Below are positions 44,050-52,948 of a DNA stretch of 64,000 nt, piece by piece; positions within the stretch are counted from its first letter, which is position 1; every line of letters begins with the position of its first letter. Location of the stretch: contig CAZCAV010000004.1 of assembly GCA_964496795.1 (NCBI GenBank), forward strand, positions 4,660 to 68,659. Direction: 5' to 3'. A model generated the notes under the pieces. That model did no database searches and was not told the DNA's origin. It worked only from the letters and a program-made list of their open reading frames with translations. A program made the translations under genes and the position numbers. The DNA is from an uncultured Oscillospiraceae bacterium. Lineage in GTDB: Bacteria > Bacillota > Clostridia > Christensenellales > CAG-138.

Positions 44050-45450
44050 ATGGAACCGCTTCGCCCCATACCCGCGCCCGTTCTTACCCTGCTTGACGCC
44101 GCCGTTTCGGGAAAGCTGCTGTGCGGCGAAAGCATTCAGGACGATTATTCTCACGACGAAATGCCGCTGTACGGCTCGTACCGGCCCGACGCGCTTGTGT
44201 TTCCGCAAAGCACCGCCGAGGTCGCCGCCGTTATGCGCGTCTGCTCTGAGGCAAACATTCCGGTTACGCCGCGCGGCGCGGGCACCGGCCTTGCCGGCGG
44301 CGCCGCGCCCGTCCGCGGGGGCGTCGTGCTTTCCCTTGAGCGCATGAACGCCGCGCCCGTGCTGGATGAAGCCAAGCTCTCCGTTCGTGTGCAGGCCGGC
44401 GTGCTTTTGAAGGACATCCAAAGCGTCTGCGCGCAGAAGGGCCTGTTCTATCCTCCCGATCCCGGCGAAAAAAACGCCACGATCGGCGGCAATGCGGCCA
44501 CAAACGCCGGCGGCATGCGCGCTCTGACATACGGGAGCACCCGCAGCTATATTCGGGCGATGACCGTTGTGCTACCGGACGGTCGGATATTGCAGCTTGG
44601 CGCCGACACTAAGAAAAACAGCACCGGCTATAATCTGCTGCAGCTCATCGTCGGCTCCGAGGGCACGCTGGGAATCATCACTGAGCTTACGCTTGCGCTC
44701 CTTCCGCAGCCCGGGAACGCAGTATGGCTCATAGCGCCCTTCGCCACCGACGCGGACTGCTTCGCAGCAGCCCTCAAGCTGCTTCACACAGCGCCCCAGC
44801 CGGAAACGCTCGAATACGCGGAAGCCGGCATCCTGCGTTCCGCCGAAAAACGGTTGGGACAAAGCATAGTGGATTCAAGCGCCGCCGCCTGCCTCATGGT
44901 CGGATACAGGGAATGCGGCTGCGTTCTATCCCCTTTTTTAGCTAAGACCGGGGAAACGCTCCTGTCCATGGGCGCCACAGATGTTCTATTGGCGGACGCC
45001 CCGCAGAGCGCGGCCCGTTTGCAAACCTTGCGGGACGGCTTTTTGGACGCTCTTCGAGCGGAAGCCGTCTGGATCGATGAAGCAGACGTCGCCATGCCGC
45101 TCGACAAGACCGGAGAGCTTCTTTCTCTGGCGCGCCGGCTTGGACGGGATCGTGCGCTGAGCGTTCGCGCATTCGGCCATATCGGCGACGGCAATCTGCA
45201 TATCTATCTGTGCGGAGACGGCGAGCGCGCTGATTTTCTTGCGCGCACGCAAAGCGTGATGCAGGCGCTTTATGCCGAGGCTGCAAAGCGCGGCGGGCTC
45301 GTTTCCGGCGAACACGGCGTCGGCTTTATCAAGCGGCCTTCTTTCCTCGCGCATACCGATCCCACCGCCCTGGAATTCATGCGCGCCGTCAAAGCCGTCT
45401 TTGACCCCGGCGGTATACTCAACCCCGGAAAAATCATCAGCAAAGAATAG
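44050..45450 (+). CDS. FAD-linked oxidase (GlcD / D-lactate-dehydrogenase-like)
   Basis: The product has VTPRGAGTGLAGGA and [24 protein letters not shown], plus the C-terminal SGEHGVG. Confidence 0.85.
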   Translation: MEPLRPIPAPVLTLLDAAVSGKLLCGESIQDDYSHDEMPLYGSYRPDALVFPQSTAEVAAVMRVCSEANIPVTPRGAGTGLAGGAAPVRGGVVLSLERMNAAPVLDEAKLSVRVQAGVLLKDIQSVCAQKGLFYPPDPGEKNATIGGNAATNAGGMRALTYGSTRSYIRAMTVVLPDGRILQLGADTKKNSTGYNLLQLIVGSEGTLGIITELTLALLPQPGNAVWLIAPFATDADCFAAALKLLHTAPQPETLEYAEAGILRSAEKRLGQSIVDSSAAACLMVGYRECGCVLSPFLAKTGETLLSMGATDVLLADAPQSAARLQTLRDGFLDALRAEAVWIDEADVAMPLDKTGELLSLARRLGRDRALSVRAFGHIGDGNLHIYLCGDGERADFLARTQSVMQALYAEAAKRGGLVSGEHGVGFIKRPSFLAHTDPTALEFMRAVKAVFDPGGILNPGKIISKE

Positions 45451-45537
45451 CCCCCCGCAGCGCACGCCGGAAGCGCAGCCGGCTGCGTCTGTTCTTTCCC
45501 TTCGCCGCCGTACACGGGCAGTTGCCAAGCGTGTTGG

Positions 45538-46559
45538 TTATCTCTGAACCCTTCCGCTGGCATTGCCGTTCACCAACGCCATGACCTCGTCCACGCTGAC
45601 CATATTAAAGTCGTGCTCAATGGAATGCTTCAGGCAGCTGGCTGCAACAGCGTAGTGGATCGCTTTCATGTCCTCCATTTCCATAAGCTGGGAATAGATC
45701 AGCCCTCCGCCAAAGGAATCTCCGCCGCCAACACGATCTACGATATGGACCCTGTATGTCGGTGAAAACAGAGCCTCTCCGTTCGTATACAGCATCGCCG
45801 CCCAGTCATTATCATTGGCGCTGATACTGCCGCGAAGCGTGATCGCTACCTTGCGAAATCCAAACCTGTCTACCAGTTTTTTCGCAACCGAGATATATCC
45901 TTTTTGATCCAGCCGTCCAACGCAGATATCGCTGTTATCTGCTTCGATGCCAAATACGTCTTTTGCATCCTCTTCATTTCCGATACAAATATCCACATAA
46001 GGCATAAGCTTCGTAAGAACTTCGTTTGCCTTGCTTTTTGGCCACAACTTATTGCGATAATTCAGGTCGCATGACACTGTTGCATGGTGCTTCCTGGCCG
46101 CTTTGCAAGCTTCCAGTAATATATCCGGCAGATGCCCGCCCAATGCAGGCGTAATACCCGTCCAGTGAAACCAATCTGCGCCTTCGAAAATCGCGTCCCA
46201 GTCAAAATCGTCCGGTTCGGCTTGTGCAATTGCCGAATCTGCCCGATCATAAATCACTTTGGAAGCGCGCTGGGACGCGCCTTTTTCTACAAAAATACAC
46301 CCAGTCGTTTGCCTCCGCGCACCATGTAATTCGTATCAACGCCGTTCTTGCGCATTTCGTTTACTGCGCACTGCCCTATTTCAGTTGCAGGCACCTTTGT
46401 GACAAACGCGGCATTGATGCCGAAGTTTGCAAGGGAAACAGCGACATTTGCTTCGCCGCCTGCATATGAAACCTCAAATCTGTCGGCCTGTACAAATCTT
46501 TGATAACCCTCCGGATTCAGCCGCATCATGATCTCGCCAAATGTTACAACCTTTTTCAT
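45538..46559 (-). pseudogene. kdgK: PfkB-family 2-dehydro-3-deoxygluconokinase (KdgK-like) with a -1 frameshift
   Basis: The N-terminal part (ATG 46559, MKKVVTFGEIMMRLNP ... GKRLGVFL*) stops at 46287. The adjacent frame reads ..FVEKGASQRASKVIYDRADS.. and runs to 45538. The junction is at the A5 run 46291-46295 (T5 on the coding strand). Confidence 0.75.
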
Positions 46560-46592
46560 TAGAACCTCCATTGCCAGTTTGATATTCTCTTG

Positions 46593-47852
46593 TTATGAAA
46601 GCAGGTATTGCTCAGCGAAGGCCTTCAACGCTTTCTCAAAGCACAGGTTGGGAACTCTGGACATGCCTGCGCCGATCAGACCGCCCTGCCAGTTGAACAT
46701 TCCCCCGTGAATGGCCGGACATATCCCTGTTTTAAGCACTCTGCGTATATCGATCCCCACAGGTAAAAAGTCGAAATCCAGATTGGGAATCGGAAAATTA
46801 TAGTTTTTCTCTATGCTGATATCATGCATCTCTTTCGTCTGTCGAATGCTTTCCAAAAGTGTCATACCCCTTAAGCTGCATACGATCGGGCTCGCCGCCG
46901 CGGCAAATCCGCCCATACCATAGCATTCTACAACGCAGGAGTCGCCCATCCATGGCAGTTGGTCCTTCTCCGTGAATTCCGATGAAGTGTATCGTCCCTG
47001 CATCATGGGCGCGGGCGCAGTAAACCATTGTCCTGGCAGACCGGCAATTTTTATGCCGAACTCTTTCCCGTTTCCGCACAGCGCCGTAACCATCGTCGAA
47101 TATGGCGTGCCATCCGCCGCAACAAGCGCCGCTCTTGCCGCTGCCTGGCCATAGCAATGGAAAAAGCGAGGCGTATCGACAATATATCTGACCGCCTTCA
47201 TGATCCTGCTCTTGGAGCAATTCAGTTCAAACAACGTCGGAAGCATTATCTTGTCATATATATAATCGCATGCCGTCTGGCGCGTATGGTTTTCATCGCC
47301 CATCTGCATGCTTTCCGCAAGGATCGGCTTGATCGGCAGCCCTCCGATAGTATGCAGCGCTTCCACCATGAGCGGGAACAGCTCTTCACGCATGTACCGC
47401 AAATTATCCGCAATGCCTTTGGAATACAGCCCCCAGCCGCAGAAGCCGCCCTGAAACGGCCCCTCAGCCGGAAATGTGGCGGCGGTTGTTTGATTGAACC
47501 TGTCCTGCACGACGTTCATTACGACAGATTTTGTAATGATGCCCGTACCCGCGCCTACCGTATTGTGGTCGAGTGCGCTCGAAATCTTGATCTCTCCCGC
47601 CGCGATGCGTTCGACAGCTTCCTTTTCATCCTGAGCCCATCCCTCAAACAGCATCGCGCTGACCATGCCGCGCTTATGCAGCATGACCATATCTTTGTAG
47701 TCGATGGGCGGGCCCGAATGAATAATCATGTGATCCTCAAGGCCATCCACGCACTCGATCGCCGGCTTCATATCTGTCCAGACGGGATCGCTGTCCAGCA
47801 GCATGTGAACCGTTTTGTTGTTGGCTTCAGCTATTTTTTCTTTAATATCCAT
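46593..47852 (-). CDS. DUF1116 (YlbE-like) protein
   Basis: The 419-aa product resembles E. coli YlbE-type proteins by eye and is adjacent to fdrA. Confidence 0.7.
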   Translation of the reverse strand: MDIKEKIAEANNKTVHMLLDSDPVWTDMKPAIECVDGLEDHMIIHSGPPIDYKDMVMLHKRGMVSAMLFEGWAQDEKEAVERIAAGEIKISSALDHNTVGAGTGIITKSVVMNVVQDRFNQTTAATFPAEGPFQGGFCGWGLYSKGIADNLRYMREELFPLMVEALHTIGGLPIKPILAESMQMGDENHTRQTACDYIYDKIMLPTLFELNCSKSRIMKAVRYIVDTPRFFHCYGQAAARAALVAADGTPYSTMVTALCGNGKEFGIKIAGLPGQWFTAPAPMMQGRYTSSEFTEKDQLPWMGDSCVVECYGMGGFAAAASPIVCSLRGMTLLESIRQTKEMHDISIEKNYNFPIPNLDFDFLPVGIDIRRVLKTGICPAIHGGMFNWQGGLIGAGMSRVPNLCFEKALKAFAEQYLLS

Positions 47853-47872
47853 AATATGCGTCCCCGCCGCCT

Positions 47873-48034
47873 TTACAACAGTTTATCCAGCAAAGCTTGT
47901 ATCTCAGGATTGATCTCTACAGGCGGCATCCATGCAAGCTGGACGACTTTGCATGATTGCGACTCGATCGCATCAAAAAAACTTTGCAATCCAATGTTTA
48001 TTACCCTTAGCTTTGTATTGTCGCATTCCTTCAT
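47873..48034 (-). other. 53-codon ORF equivalent to the detached C-terminal tail of FdrA
   Basis: The ORF is below the track cutoff. It reads MKECDNTKLRVINIGLQSFFDAIESQSCKVVQLAWMPPVEINPEIQALLDKLL*. It starts 4 nt after the fdrA stop in another frame, and the frame stays open back to ATG 48052. Confidence 0.45.
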
Positions 48035-48038
48035 GTGC

Positions 48039-49574
48039 TCATCTCCCTTCATTCAGCGCCGTCATCAGCGCCGCGGCCAAGCGAGTGCTCTGATAATTAC
48101 TGTCGGTTACTATTACGCCTGCATCCTTCAGCTTTTCTGCCTGCAGGTATATACCCTGCGGATCTTCTGCCGAGCCGCAAATACTGGATATAACGGTTAT
48201 ATGCCTCTCGCGGATCGCAGCCTTGGCTTCTTTGGCAAATTCACCGGCAGGGTCCTTGGCAACGCCGGGACCCGTTATAAAATCCAGCAGGATAACAGCA
48301 ACGCTTTCATCCTGAATCTCTTCCCTGAATCTTTTCAATCTGATCTCCGGATCAAATACCGGATGAGGGGAGCTTTTGGTGAATTCCTCACTGCCAAGAT
48401 CCAAAACTGAGTGCCCTTCCGATTTCAGAGACGATAACAGCTTATCTGCATACGCCGTATTCAGGTTGCTGTGCAATTTTACGTTCGCAACATTGCGGCT
48501 GAAGAAAATGAGGCCTTCCTCTGCAAACGTGCCACCGCAATACAGCCCCCGGAAATATTTTTGTTTTTTGCTGTATCCTGACATTTGCTTATGTACTATG
48601 GAAGCGATTTCCTCTTCCGAAAAGCCTAAGCCGTCTGTATTTCCGCCCAATAACTGCACCGCAGTTTTTGCGGCTTCTTCAAGGCTGAACGCACTGTATA
48701 CCGTGTGGCCAGCAAACATATCCTCTTCTGCGCCCAAAAATACCGCAACCACAGGCTTGCATGCGTGATCTGCAAAACAAAGCACATCGTTCATAACGTT
48801 TTGGTCGGCCAGCTTGGAAACCAGAACTATAACTTCTGTCTCCCGATCTTTTTCCAGTCTCCTGATTCCTTCACGCATCATCATGCCCCGAACGTCTCGA
48901 TAAAGATCGCGCCCCCCCGTGCCAATCAGCGATGAAAGGCCATAGCCCAGTCTTTCGAGAATACAGCCGACTTCCTGTGCGCCGCTGCCTGACGCTCCGA
49001 CAATGCCTACCGGCCCCTTTTTATAAGTGCTGCCAACCGCCAAAGCCACGCCTTTGATAAAGGCTACTCCGCAATCCGGGCCCATCATAAGACGTCCTTT
49101 GGAGAGCGCCAACTCTTTAAGGCGTATTTCATCCTCAATCGATACATTATCGCTGAACATAAAAACATCCAGATTTTTGTTCAGCGCTTTTTCCGCCTCT
49201 GCCGCGGCATACTCGCCCGGCAAAGAAATCTGAACCAAATCGAAGGCATCCGCTTCCATATCTATATCGTCAAGGCTATGATACTCCTTCTCTGCTCCCG
49301 TCTTTTTTCCATGATTGAGCATCTCCTGTATTTGGTGAATTGCTTGTTCCACCAGCGAAGCTTCCTCTCCGGCAATCGCTATGATCAGGTCGTTAGCGCT
49401 TGTATCCTCGGGAACAGTAAATCCCAGCTTGGCGGCAATTTCTCTGTTGGCCGCCGTACCCATACTGACGTTACTGCTTTCTACCCCCAGCATGGCTTTG
49501 GCTGTGTCGGTAGCAGACATAAGAGAAACGGAATCAATATACCGATTTTTAATGATAACAACTTCCTGAATCAA
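48039..49574 (-). CDS. fdrA: FdrA-family protein (succinyl-CoA-synthetase-alpha-like), probably C-terminally truncated
   Basis: The product has IIKNRYIDSVSLMS, MFSDNVSIEDEIRLKELA, MGPDCG and GIVGASGSGAQE, closely paralleling E. coli FdrA. It is 511 aa versus about 555 aa for FdrA. Confidence 0.8.
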   Translation of the reverse strand: MIQEVVIIKNRYIDSVSLMSATDTAKAMLGVESSNVSMGTAANREIAAKLGFTVPEDTSANDLIIAIAGEEASLVEQAIHQIQEMLNHGKKTGAEKEYHSLDDIDMEADAFDLVQISLPGEYAAAEAEKALNKNLDVFMFSDNVSIEDEIRLKELALSKGRLMMGPDCGVAFIKGVALAVGSTYKKGPVGIVGASGSGAQEVGCILERLGYGLSSLIGTGGRDLYRDVRGMMMREGIRRLEKDRETEVIVLVSKLADQNVMNDVLCFADHACKPVVAVFLGAEEDMFAGHTVYSAFSLEEAAKTAVQLLGGNTDGLGFSEEEIASIVHKQMSGYSKKQKYFRGLYCGGTFAEEGLIFFSRNVANVKLHSNLNTAYADKLLSSLKSEGHSVLDLGSEEFTKSSPHPVFDPEIRLKRFREEIQDESVAVILLDFITGPGVAKDPAGEFAKEAKAAIRERHITVISSICGSAEDPQGIYLQAEKLKDAGVIVTDSNYQSTRLAAALMTALNEGR

Positions 49575-49597
49575 GGAATTCCCCTCCTTCTGCGCAT

Positions 49598-51178
49598 CTA
49601 CAGTTTCTCACGCCGGATTTCCGGCGTCTGTCGGTTTCCTTTCGTAATAACAATGCGATATTTGCCCTCTTCTTCTGCGGAATCCGATCGATAATGGCAT
49701 CCTATGCTCTCCTTTCTTTCATAGGCAGACAGAACTACCAAATATGCTGTTAAGACGTCGTTGCGTAATCGTCTGGCTTGGTATGAATACGTTACACCGT
49801 CCAATTCATCGTAAATCGCCTGCAGATTGTGCAGGCCGGCTGCCATTGCCGTGCCGCAGCGTATCGCACCGGCGGCTTTTTCCGTTTCGTAAGCCATTTG
49901 TTCCCGCATTTTCCGTATGTTTCGTGTAGGTGGATTGTCCTGATCCTTTTTTTCATAAACCTGCGGCATGTTTCTGGCATGACGATGCTCTGTCGCATAT
50001 GCTGCGGCACTATTTCCGGCAATAGCGCCAAAAACCATCGTTTCCAAGCCGGCATTTCCGCCAATACGATTGGCGCCGTGAAGGCCGCCAAGTGCCTCGC
50101 CGCAGACAAACAAGCCGTCCAAATTGGTACGGCAATCTGGGTCGCAGAACACGCCGCCCAACGAGGTATGCGGCGCAGGCGCGATTTCCATCGGAGAAAC
50201 GCTTATATCAACGTTGATATTTAGATAGCGCTGATAGTAATCATGATATACTTCCTTAAGCTTTTTGGCGCCGACTCCGGTGGCGTCCAAATAAACGCCT
50301 CCATGTTCTGTTCCGTTTCCGTCATGCAGCTCCTTGGCAATGTATCGCGCCATGATATCTTTTCCAACCCGTTCAGCCCGGTCGTCATACCGCAGCATGA
50401 ATCGCTCGCCGCGATTATTTCTGAGAACTGCGCCATCATAGAACATGGTTGTAATAACACTTTTCCCTGCCAGTTTTTTGGGCCATACCGCCACGCTGGG
50501 TTCGAATTGCACAAATTCCATGTCCGTGAGTTCAGCACCCGCGTCATACGCCATAGCAACCGCATCCCCCGCTGTATCCCGTGCATTGGTTGTAAACGGA
50601 TAAATGTTGGAATAGCCGCCGGCAGCCACAATCACCGCCTTTGCCAAAATCGGCAGCCAAACGTTGTCCCGCCTGCTATAACACAACGCTCCGCACACGC
50701 CGTCCTCATCGTTTTTGATCAATTCCATGGCCCGCAGATCGAGCCAGGAAATATTCCCGCGCGCTGTAAGCTTTGCTCTTAGTTTTGAAAGTATTGCTCC
50801 GCCTGCATCGTTTCCCACGCTGACGACGCGGGGAAAGGTAGCGCCGAGAGGGCGAAGCAGCTGATAGGAACCGTCGGGATTCGTGTTGAAGCGAATCCCG
50901 AGCCGCTCCAGTGCCGGCATAAGAGTCAAGCTGTTTTGGCATAGCGTTCTGACCAGCGCCACATCTCCCTGTCCGCATCCGGATTCCAGGGTATCCTTTT
51001 CAAAGCATTCTACGCTATCGTCAGGATGCAAGGGCATGTTGAACCCATGGACAAAGGGGCTGTTGCCTCCGCCAGCCGACAATACCGTGATTCTTAGCGT
51101 CGGATTCTGTGTCGAACAGGCGTCGGCAGCCGTGAGTCCCGCAAGACCGCCGCCAATGATCAAAACGTCGCTTTCCAA
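49598..51178 (-). CDS. FAD-dependent flavoprotein of the L-aspartate-oxidase / fumarate-reductase family
   Basis: The product has the dinucleotide fold DVLIIGGGLAGL, the motif DMEFVQFEP, and GGLHGANRIGGN. Confidence 0.75.
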   Translation of the reverse strand: MESDVLIIGGGLAGLTAADACSTQNPTLRITVLSAGGGNSPFVHGFNMPLHPDDSVECFEKDTLESGCGQGDVALVRTLCQNSLTLMPALERLGIRFNTNPDGSYQLLRPLGATFPRVVSVGNDAGGAILSKLRAKLTARGNISWLDLRAMELIKNDEDGVCGALCYSRRDNVWLPILAKAVIVAAGGYSNIYPFTTNARDTAGDAVAMAYDAGAELTDMEFVQFEPSVAVWPKKLAGKSVITTMFYDGAVLRNNRGERFMLRYDDRAERVGKDIMARYIAKELHDGNGTEHGGVYLDATGVGAKKLKEVYHDYYQRYLNINVDISVSPMEIAPAPHTSLGGVFCDPDCRTNLDGLFVCGEALGGLHGANRIGGNAGLETMVFGAIAGNSAAAYATEHRHARNMPQVYEKKDQDNPPTRNIRKMREQMAYETEKAAGAIRCGTAMAAGLHNLQAIYDELDGVTYSYQARRLRNDVLTAYLVVLSAYERKESIGCHYRSDSAEEEGKYRIVITKGNRQTPEIRREKL

Positions 51179-51179
51179 A

Positions 51180-52859
51180 TCACTTTACCCAAATTCCGCC
51201 CTTAGCCATGGAACCCACGTTCCTTACAAACAGATTCAGATACGCAGGATATTGATCGCTTGGAAACTCCCAGTGGAATTCCGCCATCCTTTTCTCCATT
51301 TCTTCGTCGCTGATGCACAGCGTCAACCTTCTGCCCGGGATATCGATATCTACTTCATCCCCCTCTGCTATCACGCCCAGCGGACTGCCAAGCGCCGCTT
51401 CGGGAGAAACATATCCTATGGACAGTCCGGATGTACCGCCGGAAAAGCGTCCGTCCGTGATAATCGCGCAGGAATTATACAGTTCGGGTTCTCCCTTGAG
51501 CTCTTCCTGGAAAGTAAAAGCCGTTGTACCAAATCGCCCGCGAAGGCCCATAAACCGCAGCACGCAGCAGTCACCCGGATGGATTCGACCGGCGCGCAAG
51601 GCTTGGATACCCTCTTCCAGAGAATCGAACACGCGCGCACGTCCCTTGTATTTCATAAGATGCGGCTGAACGCCTGCAATTTTGATTATCGCTCCTTCCG
51701 GGGCCAAATTCCCATACAATACGCCAATGCCGGGCTCTGACATAACGGGCTTATCCAGCGTATGAATAACGTCCCTGTCGTAAACAACGGCATCTTCCAC
51801 GTTTTCTTCTATGGTATGTCCTGTAACAGTCAGGCAGTCTTTGTTCAGTTTCGGCATAAGCTCCTTGAGCATCGCGCGCATACCGCCTGCCAAGTCGAAG
51901 TCTTTAACGCTATAAGGTCCGCTGGGTGCAAGATGCGAGAGCAGCGGGATATCGTTCGATGCTTCGTCAAAGCACTTCCACCAAGGCAGGTCATAGCCAG
52001 CCTCGTTTGCGATCGCGGGAATATGCAGTATCAAGTTCGACGACGCAGCAACAGCCATGTCCAGCATAATTGCGTTCTTGATAGACTTCTCCGTAATGAT
52101 GCGCCGCGCAGTGATCCCTTCATAAACCAGATTCATAATCTGCTTTCCTGCCAGATAAGCCACTTTATAGATGGCAGAACTGGTCGCGCACATTGTGGAG
52201 TTTCCCGGAAGCGTCATGCCAAGGGCTTCAGCGATCATGCACATGGAATTTGCGGTTGTCATGGATGTACAGGCGCCGCAGATTCCCCATGAGTTTTCGA
52301 TCAACCCATTATATACATCCATATCCATTTTCCCGGCCTTGGCTGTCCCGACCTTATCCTGCGCATGAATATGCAGGACCTCCTGTCCCCGGAACGTGCC
52401 CAAAGGCATGTATCCGCCGGTTACAAGCACCGTAGGAATATCCAATCTCGCCGCGCCCATTAAATGACCCGGAACAATAGAATCACAGGCGGAAAGCATG
52501 ACCATGCCGTCAAAGAAATTGCCATCCACCGTTAATTCCACCTGATCGGCTATGGAATTGCGGCTTGGCACCTCAATATACTTTGGATCTTTGAGAACCA
52601 TACCGTCACATATGCCGGTAGTCATTACCTCCAGGGGAAGTCCGCCGGCCTCGCGCACGCCCTGCTTGACGCGGGCCGCCAATTTATCCAGATGAACATG
52701 CCCGGGATTGTATTCATTCCAGCTGTTGACAATGGCGATAAGAGGGCGTTTTTGCTCTTCTTCCGTATATCCCATGCCACACATCAATCCGCGTCTGCAT
52801 TCGGACGCCTCGCCGAATTCCCAGCAGCTGCGCATCTCTTCATACTTAACTTTTGTCAT
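51180..52859 (-). CDS. IlvD/Edd-family dehydratase (dihydroxy-acid or sugar-acid dehydratase)
   Basis: I prefer ATG 52859 (MTKVKYEEM) as the start, with a GAGG-type RBS. The product has PLIAIVNSWNE, TTGICDGM and SACDSIVPG. Confidence 0.85.
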   Translation of the reverse strand: MTKVKYEEMRSCWEFGEASECRRGLMCGMGYTEEEQKRPLIAIVNSWNEYNPGHVHLDKLAARVKQGVREAGGLPLEVMTTGICDGMVLKDPKYIEVPSRNSIADQVELTVDGNFFDGMVMLSACDSIVPGHLMGAARLDIPTVLVTGGYMPLGTFRGQEVLHIHAQDKVGTAKAGKMDMDVYNGLIENSWGICGACTSMTTANSMCMIAEALGMTLPGNSTMCATSSAIYKVAYLAGKQIMNLVYEGITARRIITEKSIKNAIMLDMAVAASSNLILHIPAIANEAGYDLPWWKCFDEASNDIPLLSHLAPSGPYSVKDFDLAGGMRAMLKELMPKLNKDCLTVTGHTIEENVEDAVVYDRDVIHTLDKPVMSEPGIGVLYGNLAPEGAIIKIAGVQPHLMKYKGRARVFDSLEEGIQALRAGRIHPGDCCVLRFMGLRGRFGTTAFTFQEELKGEPELYNSCAIITDGRFSGGTSGLSIGYVSPEAALGSPLGVIAEGDEVDIDIPGRRLTLCISDEEMEKRMAEFHWEFPSDQYPAYLNLFVRNVGSMAKGGIWVK

Positions 52860-52948
52860 ACCTACTTGCCTCATTTCTTTTTTTGTTTTTATATCATGAT
52901 CTGTATCGGATCAAAACGCATCATCTACCATGCAATCAATTGCGCCGT

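Noticed and set aside
42526-44421. A 631-aa minus-strand ORF. Similar long ORFs lie at 41301..42557, 33721..35283, 35896..37089, 14971..16146, 12262..13557, 30438..31454, 61079..62101, 56572..57630 and 58404..59387.
   Set aside because: All are antisense to, or in alternative frames of, genes with clear family signatures. They show low-complexity R/G/A/H composition, lack RBSs, and span gene boundaries.
45451-45537. Mobile-element boundary features (att-like direct repeats, tRNA, integrase) at the edges of the low-GC island. The right edge at 56205-56262 was checked as well.
   Set aside because: No repeat is shared between the two edges, and neither junction has a tRNA or recombinase gene. 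Only a weak hairpin (cgcagccggctgcg) is present at the left edge.
47028-48410. A 460-aa plus-strand ORF inside the low-GC island.
   Set aside because: It runs antisense across the DUF1116 5' end, the small tail ORF and the fdrA 3' end. The translation is R/H/I-rich with no motif. I treat it as a shadow ORF.
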